From contig NEEC01000004.1 of NCBI GenBank assembly GCA_002189035.1, forward strand, positions 930,001 through 994,000: a stretch of DNA of 64,000 bases, written 5' to 3'. Every line of letters starts with the position of its first letter. The stretch's first letter is position 1. Source of the stretch: Utricularia gibba. Taxonomy: Eukaryota > Plantae > Magnoliophyta. This document shows, piece after piece, positions 54,301 to 64,000 of the stretch. The notes below the pieces were generated by a model. It searched no databases. It was not told where the DNA came from and was given only the letters and a program-made list of their open reading frames with translations. Both the position numbers and the translations under genes were made by a program.

Positions 54301-54560
54301 AGACGGTGGATGGCGTGACGGCCTTGATGGGGCAGCCGACGGAGCAACTCGTGGAGGATTTCAGCATCTTGGCCTGCGAGAGGAGCGGCATCGGCGTGGT
54401 GGCCTCCGGCCGGAAACTGCCGATGCCGCCCACGACGGGGCTGTGGAACCGGTCTGATCCCAACACAATCTTGAGGGTGCTTTGCCACAGAAACGATCGG
54501 GCCGCAAACAATTTCTTGAAGAGAACGTTTCAGTTGGCTAAGAGAGGAGGATCCATGTGA
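51333..54560 (+). CDS. DUF810 / Munc13 (unc-13 homolog, PATROL1-related) protein, two apparent 1-nt frameshifts
   Basis: KLEGLDHDDFREAAYEVFFTACR, MTSAEIMRHQMRVTEQSDNRLRKTL, CHWADGYPLN, HNLCFTWVLF, SKQNYIPTLPPLTRC, TQRLYIRLNTLQ and WNRSDPNTILRVLCHRND. It needs +1 C at 51389-51391 and at 51657-51659. Four exons. Confidence 0.93.
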
Positions 54561-56132
54561 TGAAACCAGAAAGAACTGCTGCTACCGGCCGCCATTGTTG
54601 TTACAAGCAAACACGTGCATACTAATTAGTTCTTAATTACATGGTTAACCTTAATCACCTCATAAACATTTATCACCACAAAGAACAAGAAGAATCTCAT
54701 TGAACCCTAATCCGATAGAATTCCAATTTCGTCAAGTGAATCGCACAATCGCATTCTATCTGCAGGTCGATTCTCCATTTTTCGTGGCATTCCGTGAAAA
54801 TTTCCATGGTTCTACTGCTGTAATGCAAGACAATTAGACACCTTTTTTTTGTGGTTCTCACTTTTCTTGCCCATAAGATGTATGCAGAAATGCCTGGTAG
54901 GTCTCATGTTTCAAGTTTTCTGTTTTCCATTGTTTCTCTTTTTATTTTGTTCCCTACAAAAATGGCAGTGTTACTATATACACGTGTGACAATTGAATTT
55001 TGGAAAGTTGGGTAAAGGTCTTGCTACTTAGAATGCATTTTTTTTCTCTCTTCTGCTATTCAGACAGGTAATCTAGTCCGTTCAGTGATGCAAAACTGAA
55101 CATCATGTCCAAGACCTAATTGGGCATTTGAAACCGGTCATTCCATCTAAGCGTGCAGAGATTTCTGCTGCTGAATCCAAATCCTCCTCTTCTTTCAAAC
55201 CAACCTTTCTGAGCTTAAGCTGAAGTTGGTCGTCTACTATTTTTCAAGTATTTTCCACCAAGTGTTCTTACAGTGGTAACACCTTTGTTTGTAAACATTG
55301 TCGAATTCCAAGACAGGTTTGATGTCTCATTGGTATCCTATTCGTGGTTGCTCCCTGTGGTTCTGGCTAGCTCTCCCGTTTCATCATTCTTCCTTAACCA
55401 TCCCCTCACGCTTGACCTGCCGTCTGCTAGCATTTCCCGGCATGCATACTGTCTGTTTTGAAGTTTCTTTAGCTAGAACTGACTATGAAGGAATGAGTGA
55501 ATAACTTTAACCTTGGTTTTCTTCCTAAAGTTTCTCTCTTTCCTCTTTTTCAGGTATCCCTGAATCTTCCATTTCCTTCCATTGATTCGATCTCGTCTCC
55601 CACTATTTGAAAGATGATCTGATGATCGATTCATCACTGCCTAAAAACACTGACGGATTGTAATCATCAAGCAGCTGTAAAAAATATTGTACCCTCATTC
55701 GTGATCCACCAATTCATGGGTTGTAGATGTCCAATCATCGAACCCTTTCTGACTGCTCATAATCGGAGGGCCAGTTCTGTTTGTGATGGAGGAAGGAACC
55801 CGACGACCGTGTGGTGTGGATTAGGTTAGAGTTAAGCATTAGCTTACATGCCGGCATTGTTGAGTAAACAGGTCACATAGTTTCCCTGTTGGAAAAAAAA
55901 GGAAGAAGATTGTAGATAAATGCGTGTCTGTTGGCCGGAGTCAGACTGGAAACAGCGGCGCTGCGCCGTGTGCTGGTCACTAGGCATTTTGGTAAGTATG
56001 GGAAGGAGAACCAACTTACATATCTTTGGGTCAATAACCTTTTCTCATGCTTTACAGGTATCATACGATCAAAAAGAAAAAATGCAAACACAAAATGGAA
56101 GAGTCTGCCAAGTCGCAGCAGCCATGTAAACC

Positions 56133-58081
56133 TCAGAAATAAATGTCAGTTTGCTTAGACTGAGCCTTGAGGTCCTTCAACTTCTTCAAGATGTTGGTGA
56201 AGTAATCCTGCAGATACTTCTCCAATGTGCTGATATCCTTTGCATCCACTCCGAGCACCGCGTATGTTTCCGACATTGTTGTCGAAAACACAGTGTCGCT
56301 GCTGAGGACCTGCAAGTAATGTAGTGTATCATTGGGATGCTTCAAGCTACAAGTGAAGCTTGGTAAACAGAGAGTGTCATGCCTCTGAGAATGCCAATCT
56401 ATCAGCAACATCATTTGTCCACTCGAAGAGACGCATAAGCTGGCGAGTAAACCGTAGAACGGACACAGGGACGGTTGTAACGTTTGCATCTTGTCCAGCA
56501 AGCCTTTCACAAAGAGTTATAACCTGCCATATAGTGATGATGTAAACAGGCAATGCTAGGGGGGGCAGCCATCGGCTTAGCCTTGAATTAAGACTCTGAA
56601 GAAGCTTCAACTGATACTCTCAGATATAGAGTCATAATATGCTTGATGTGATGAGGGGACTACTCACTGCTATGTAATGATCCAGTGCTACTTTACCTCT
56701 TGAGTTGTCCATGCTCGAGGTCCAGCAAATGTAAGGAGTTTTCGGGTTACATTTGGATTGCGGAGTGCTATAAAGGTCAGTCGAGCTATATCCTGGGAAA
56801 CACATTATAATTTTCAACTACAAATACACAAAGTGGAGAACCTATTAGTATGTGAATTCTCACTTGGGTGTCCATGTACGCTATCCTGGTGGGAGCATCA
56901 GTTCCCCAAACAGATTTCTCTTCCAGAATTGGGACAGCATACTGTCCAATCAGGCCCTGAGATACATGGAACCAACAAACATCTGTGGGCATCAAATTCA
57001 GTTTGCACCATGTATTTTATATTCATGAGGCAAAGTATCTACAGAATAGTTCCTTATTGACAAAGAAAAGTTTCAGAATCAACAGAAATATGGGTCAGAA
57101 TGGAGACAGATCAGTGGAAAATGTTAGGATCAGTACTGATACAGATGAAATATGGCAACTATTCACCTGCATGAAGCCACAAAGACGAATGGTAATGTGA
57201 TCAAGGCCAGAATTATGAAGAAACTTTTCGGTGCAGTACTTTATCTGCATAAGTGGAACCTCTGGATGCTTGTCGCAGTTGTGTATGGAAAAGAAGACAT
57301 ATTTTTTGATCCCCATTGCCTTTGCACATTGTATGAGAGCAACCTTTCCTTCCCAATCTACCTAAAGAGGAAAAGGCTAACATTACAGGAGTATTTTCAG
57401 CGAAAAATAATGGAAGGTTATCCGTGCACATAAAAAATGATGTAGTAGCAAGTATCCTCACATTTTTTATTGGCTCTTCCGGGCGACCTGTAGCACAATC
57501 AATTACCGTATGTATGCCAACCAATGTTGCAGGTATAGTTTCAGGCTTGCTCAAGTCTGCCTGCTCAAACATTTTCCTAGTCACACCCTCTTCTGTATGA
57601 TGATGAATGGGAAGAGGAACAGAAATAGCGAAACCATACATTGACAACAGTTGCACCCCAATCCCGAAGGAAGTCAGCAGGCATAGGGCGAGGCCTAACT
57701 AGGCATCTAACATCATAGCCCTCATCCAGAGCACGCCTCACAATCTGTCTGCCCAAGGTACCTGTTGCACCGACAACCAAAATACTCGTAGGCCTGATTG
57801 GTGTTCCAGGGGCAAAGTTCACAGCCTCAGGCGTCGCCTGCGCATTGACTGCTATCACTGTACTGTTGACCCTGACTGGTGACATACTAAGCAAATAATA
57901 TGTTAAAAGAAGTTCAAACAATGAAATGAAGAGATGGCAAATGATCACCTTTGTAAGAATAGCCAATGGAGGTGCGTGAGGGGAACGTGGAAATAATAGG
58001 ATGAGGAACCAAACTGCCGCGGCATGAAAGCAAATTGTAAGACTTGAGAGGAGTGGACAGTTGAGCTTGTGTCAGTGCCAT
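56133..58081 (-). CDS. HCF244: HCF244 (Ycf39-like atypical SDR, PSII assembly), chloroplast
   Basis: Ser/Thr-rich transit-like N-terminus, then [72 protein letters not shown] and C-terminal [11 protein letters not shown]. Confidence 0.94.
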
Positions 58082-60251
58082 GGTCTGAATTCTTCTTTAC
58101 CCTTGTCATTGGATAAAAACAATCAAAGAATGGAAAAAGAAAGACTTAGAAAGGACAAACAGCGGAAACAGACTAGAAAAAAATGTTGTTTCACAGTGAC
58201 ATTCTCCACAATTAGTTTATGAGAATCAGCTTGTGCTCAGACAAATATAAGGTTTCAGCTTACAACATAAGGATCCTTAACTCTATCCTTCTGTTTCAGC
58301 AAGAATCCTTGAATAGAAATCGCAATCAAACGCTCCCTAATCTAATAGCGACAAAGCTGCCAACACATTGCTAAATTTCTCCATACTCGAGATCAAAAAA
58401 GAAGAAAAACCACTCCCTGCCGAAATTTCGTGAAAATATCAAGCTTATTAACGAAGGGGTGCCACAGAATCGCCCCAACAGAGCAACAACGCTCAACTAC
58501 AACCCTTTTGAGTTCAAGAGCACATTGACTGCACTAAAAAATCCAGCAATGTGGAGAAGGAAATAACTAGAATACAAAGAGCACCTCCGGGACAAGCAGA
58601 TGATCTAAAGATTGATCAACTTCCGAGATTCAACAGCAACACTAGCACCTGAGTATCGATAACGGAACACGAATGATCAATCTTTCGTGTGCTTCGCATG
58701 GCACAGCAGAGCTTTAAAACTTCGAGGATGCAAGTATCCGCATTTGGCGTCGAGTTGGCAGCTTGCAAGCTTCAAGTTTATGTGCTTGAGGATGACGATG
58801 ATGTGGCTATCGCTGAAAATGGAATTCCCCTCCACCCATTTTTTATGGGCTGGCCTTCCATCATCTTGGCCCAACCCAAATCGTATCGTATTGAGCCTCC
58901 TAAAATGGCCCATTAGAAATAACACATCAATGCTTTACGTACGGCCTAATCGGAAGAAGGTCGAAAATAATGTTGACCCTATAGACGGAAAGTTACCATC
59001 ATTCACTTTAATAAGATGATTAAATTTATTCCCAAAATAAAACTATTTAATTTTACTATTTCAAAATCAGAAAATGACAATTCTTACTATTTTTAATCTT
59101 CAAAAATTTAATCAGAAAATAATATGACTCCCACATTCCTATTGAGATTTTGAAACCATAAGTTCGATTCTTAATGAGCGAAATCTTGAAATCGATTAAT
59201 TTTTATAAAAAAAGTTTTGAAAATTTAGAAGTTTTAAGCATACACAAAGATTTTCATTTTTTATTATTTTATATTTTAAGATAAATATAATTAAAAAAAC
59301 TATTAAATTAGATTTAATTCATTCTAAAAAGAGTGAACCCATTTTTAAATTAAAAATAATTTATACCAAATGAAAACAAAAAAAAACAAAAAAAGGGTGA
59401 AGATACGACCAGATGCCTTCTAACATTAATTGCAAGATATTAGCATCCTGTCTGCATCCCTACGACTGTGCAATAATTTTTGTATTTTCAAGAACAATAA
59501 TAGCAGTCAAATTATTATTTTTGTTATTATTATTAATAGTTTGTAATTATTGTGTTGCCAGCTGCTGTAATGATAATAACTCGGGATGGAAAACGGCGAC
59601 TTGAGTACGGCCGGTCCACGTGGACAACACCTATTTTGCTTTATTCAATTGCAAACGCTCCATCGCCTTCACTTTTTTTTTTTTCAAATGTTTTTAAATG
59701 TTTTAATGCTGGCGTAAATTAATATTGTTTTTATATTATTAAAAGATTTACTCATAAAGAGTGGGCAAGCTTTACACAACTTTTCCCTTTTAGGATTTGG
59801 GCCCATTGTCACACAATTAAAATAAAGTCGCTTTTTTATTACTTGAAAAAGGTTTTTAATCATTTTTTCACTTAAAAATGTTGGAATATCAACTATTTGT
59901 TCAATAATGGAGATGATAATTGGATTAAAATAGGAAAATAACTTGGAAATTCGAAAGTACAAGGGAGTTTGTATGGAGTGTTAAAGGTGGGGGAGGGGGG
60001 AAAAAAGATGCTTCGTCCTTGGAAATCCATAGCTGGACAAAAAACATTGAATGGAGGTGTAGTGCAGTAGCGCCAACCCCTGAAAACAAGTTCCTTTTTT
60101 TTCTTCGTCTCCAGCTTAAAAGCCATTGGGAACCAGGAATTCTTGCCGTCTGGTCCTATATTCCGAGTCTTGTTCTCCGACCCATCTTCAGGAGGGGGGA
60201 AAAAACAAACAAATAAAGAAAATTATGCTGTGAATCCTCAAGGGATTCACA

Positions 60252-61414
60252 ATGGGCTTCTCCTCTTGTTATCATCTTCATTTTCTGGCTATTTTCGCCG
60301 TTTTACAGTTCAGCCCAGTTCCTAGTTCTGCCACAGATTACACTACCTTGGTGTACAAAGGATGTGCGAAGCAGGATTTATCGGATCCGACAGGGGTTTA
60401 TTCTCAGGGACTTTCTTCTGTTTTCGGGACTCTCATTTCACAGTCTTCAAAGGCCAAATTTTTCAAGGCAACAGCTGGGAGTGGGCAGACTACAGTGAGC
60501 GGCCTTTTTCAATGCCGAGGTGACATTTCTAATGTTGATTGCTACAACTGTGTGAGTAGGTTACCCATACTTATAGACAAGCTTTGTGGGAAGCCCATTG
60601 CAGCAAGAGTTCAACTTTTAGGTTGCTATATGCTTTATGAGATTTCAGGCTTTCCTCAGATTTCTGGGATGGAAATGTTGTACAAGATCTGTAGTGGGAA
60701 AAATGTGGGGGGAGCAGGGTTTGAGGAGAGACGAGACACTGCCTTGTCTTCTCTTGAAAATGGGATGAGTAGCAGCAGTATCAATGGTTTCTTTACTTCA
60801 AGCTTTCAATCTGTTTATGCTATGGGGCAATGTGAGAATGATGTTGGAACTTCTGATTGTGTGGAATGTGTGAAAACTGCTGTTCAAAGAGCCCAGGTTG
60901 AGTGTGGCAGCTCCGCTTCTGCTCAGGTGTATCTCCACAAATGCTTCATTAGCTACAGCTATTATCCAAATGGAGTTCCTGATAGACCATCTTCATCATC
61001 GTCGTCGTCGTCATCATCAACGCCATCTTCCTCATCTTCATCTTCATCCTCTTCTTCTTACTCTTATCCCTCTCCTGAGTTCTCATCAGGTGTAGTATTG
61101 TCTACCTTGCTCATATTTATGATGTGTATCATGTGGTCCAAAATCTGGTATTTTTATTGAACTTGTAAGGAAAATTCATTCTGATGATACAGGGTCAGGG
61201 TCAGGGTCTGGTTCAGGGCCAGGGCCAAATACAGGAAGAACTGTGGCTATAATACTGGGAGGAGCAGCTGGAGTTGGATTCCTTGTGATCTGCTTGCTGT
61301 TTGCAAGAGGATTGATGAAGAAAAAAGATGGTATATTTGGTTTGTAGTTCTTTGCTAATTGAAAAGGAATGGAACTCAAATCTTGTCTTTGTTAAAAAAA
61401 ATGCAGATTACTGA
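60252..61414 (+). CDS. PDLP: Plasmodesmata-located protein (2x DUF26, single TM), PDLP2/3-like
   Basis: Signal peptide, DUF26 motifs (LFQCRGD...C..CV; MGQCENDV...C..CV), Ser-rich linker, TM VAIILGGAAGVGFLVICLLF and tail KKKDDY*. Exons 60252-61089, 61193-61330, 61407-61414. Confidence 0.93.
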
Positions 61415-63437
61415 GGGGTGCAATGAAGGTGGCTTTGGACATCAGTGAAAGGGTGTGAAGCTAACACAAAGAAGAAAACCATTGCTGTCAATTCTGAATT
61501 CAAACGTCTACCATGTGGAAACAGATGAGGAAAGAAGATAGGACGATAGGTGGTCTTTTGGATTGTGTAGTGCTTTTCTCCTTTCTAGGAATGTCTGAAT
61601 TTTGTTACCGGAGGGTAAGAATCAACTGATTTATGTAAGAACAGCAGGGATGTGCAACAATTCCATCCATCCACACTGCACTTGATTTTTTCTTGTCCCA
61701 TTTGCCATGTGACTTAACTTCTTTGTCCCCTTTCAATTATCTGTAATCATTGTTCTCAGTTTTCCTCCATCATGTGATGGTTCTTGCGGTAACTTCCTCA
61801 TTGATGGTAAATAAATAGCTGCAGTTCATATTCCATGGGTAATCCCAGAACACTTGTTACTGAAACAAATATCCTGCTCAAAGAATGCAACATGAGTGTG
61901 CTCCAGGACATGCTCCTGCTGAGTTCATCACAGTTGTGACGAATCCTATAGCTGGCGAAACGCAAATCTGTCTGAGATGAAGCAGAGACAAGAAAAAACA
62001 TGCGGCAAACAACTCTAACTGGCTTCAGAAAAAGATCCTAAACAAAACAAGAGTTGGTTTGCTCTAAATATGAAAAAATGCAGCGAGAGGATGCCTGAAG
62101 TATCAACCAACCACGTTTTGGCACACAAGCAATAGAATCTCATAGGTTGCTGAAAGTCAAGAGCTACAGGAAAAAAACGTCTCACAGTATGTTGACACCT
62201 AACGTTCATGCATGCGACATAGCACATGGTGCCACATAAATATCACGGAAAGAAATCCAAATAACACCATACCTCTGATTTTGATTTATTCGCAGATTCA
62301 GTAAGAGATATCATTTTTGAGTGTGACGTGAGCCTTGAAGCTTAATTGCTCTCTTCGTATCATGTTTTTGTCCTTAGCTCAGCTACAGAATAAGTGTATT
62401 CAAAGAAAAAATATTCATAACTGAAAGTCGCAGATAAAAGAGCTGTTCAGACTATTGCGGATAAAAGAAAAAAACTGTTCAAGCTATTGTAAAAATGTAG
62501 ACTCGTAGGTTTTTGAAGACTTCGAAGAAATAATATGCTGAAACGTGCTTTACCATATCAGGTTCCTCTCATGACTCCCTTTTCTCCTAACGCAATTTCC
62601 TTCGTCATCAGCATCGATCATCACGGGTAGATTCAAAATTGATCTTGATGCCTGTGATGGATCGACTACTCGATGTAAAGTCGCATAGCTGCACAGGTAG
62701 TTAAGCAAACAACGATAGGAACACATGAATCATCTCACGGTCTGCTACTCCATTTTCTTTGTCTCATGGAAAAAAGATCAAAGATTTTCACTCAAGGAGT
62801 AGAGGAAACGATCAAAACACACGCAGGAAAAAACTAGAAACGAAACACTTCAGTGAACTAAATGTGACCCGAACAAAATCCATCTGAAACGCTTAAAAAT
62901 GATTACTTTGGAAACATGATCGAGCTCTGCAAACTCGAAAGCGATACCAAGTCAACGAAATAGAGGAAAGAGTAGAGAGCAAACGCGGGCGAACCTCCTC
63001 ATTTGGAGCCGGGGCTCATCTTCAAATGCCCGCCAATTCTTGAACGCCTCCGCCAATATCTTCAGAAACACGGTGATCGATCGTTGATCCGCCGTATTGA
63101 AGTCAAACCGGCTGATTCACGATTCAGATTCCTGATCGTCAATTCCGAACATCAAAGATTGCAGTCCGTGAGAAGATCATGCCTCACGGCCGTTTTCTTA
63201 AAAAAAATTCAAATATTAAAATTATTGATCTCGGAAAAATAAAATAAAAGGCTATTTAAGATGAACGGTGGTGACATGTGACTTGGACCAATCAGAATCA
63301 TTTAAACGAGGCGTGCATTCCTATCCACAAATTCAGGGTTTGTTGAGTTGGAGGTCGCATCATAATCGGAACTCACCACTCTATACTCCTGGTCAGTTGA
63401 GATCCCTCCATCAACCCTCACACTCTCCGGCCGAGCT

Positions 63438-64000
63438 ATGGCTTCTCCTCCGCTGACATGTTCGGCGGAGCAACTCGCGCCGCTCTTCGGTCCCAACATC
63501 ACTAACGCCGTCGGTGCGGCGGAGTTTATCTGCGCACGGTTCTCAACCGTGTCCAACAGGTTCACAGACGCGGGGTACGCGATCGACTCCACCTACCTTC
63601 TCTTCTCCGCCTATCTCGTCTTCTCCATGCAATTAGGGTTCGCGATGCTTTGTGCCGGCTCCGTTCGAGCTAAAAACACTATGAATATCATGCTCACGAA
63701 TGTTCTGGATGCGGCTGCCGGTGGCCTTTTTTATTACCTTTTTGGGTTCGCGTTCGCTTTCGGTGGTCCGTCTAATGGATTCATCGGCCGCCACTTTTTC
63801 GGTCTCAATGAGATCCCTTCTGATTCCTTCGATTACAGCAATTTTCTTTACCAGTGGGCGTTTGCGATTGCTGCCGCAGGGATTACCAGTGGATCTATTG
63901 CAGAGAGAACTCAGTTTGGGGCTTATATGATATACTCTTCTTTTCTCACCGGATTTGTTTACCCCGTCGTTTCTCATTGGTTTTGGTCGTCGGATGGCTG
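63438..64000 (+). CDS. AMT1: Ammonium transporter AMT1 (5' part; runs off the window)
   Basis: Open frame with no stop in the window, so it is absent from the ORF track. It reads [44 protein letters not shown] and [25 protein letters not shown]...YPVVSHWFW. Confidence 0.96.
   Translation, partial: MASPPLTCSAEQLAPLFGPNITNAVGAAEFICARFSTVSNRFTDAGYAIDSTYLLFSAYLVFSMQLGFAMLCAGSVRAKNTMNIMLTNVLDAAAGGLFYYLFGFAFAFGGPSNGFIGRHFFGLNEIPSDSFDYSNFLYQWAFAIAAAGITSGSIAERTQFGAYMIYSSFLTGFVYPVVSHWFWSSDG

Noticed and set aside
63302-63977. Minus-strand ORFs and a 76-aa plus ORF at the window end
   Set aside because: They are shadows or off-frame readings of the AMT1 coding sequence, which lacks a stop inside the window.

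Overview
Plant (eudicot) nuclear DNA from an unusually compact genome. About 24 spliced or single-exon protein-coding genes lie in 64 kb, many introns are only about 70-100 nt, spacers are AT-rich, and I recognised no transposon ORFs, tRNA, rRNA or CRISPR. Gene order: POLLUX-like-2 ion channel (3' end), Aux/IAA (IAA7/14/17 type), Ca2+/CaM-dependent NAD kinase (zeta-toxin P-loop fold), MATH/TRAF1, CslG, SUPERMAN-like C2H2-EAR, PRP/PH-like small protein, ARP9, 2OG-Fe(II) dioxygenase, ETF-beta, PB1 protein, PHT1, an unidentified 52-aa three-coding-exon microprotein gene, ALOG/LSH, PMT methyltransferase, NDR kinase, SF3B5, atypical C2H2-EAR, GLTP1, EDA6-like protein, DUF810/Munc13-like, HCF244, PDLP, AMT1 (5' end). 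Twelve frame breaks in 8 genes are each repaired by adding one base, mostly to a short homopolymer run. This looks like an assembly error signature, so I do not call these genes pseudogenes. The best novelty candidates are the microprotein gene next to PHT1, an intron inside the ALOG domain with duplicated junctions, a dense uATG cluster in the NDR leader and a spliced non-coding-looking unit divergent from AMT1. All family assignments come from motif recognition by eye; no database searches were run.
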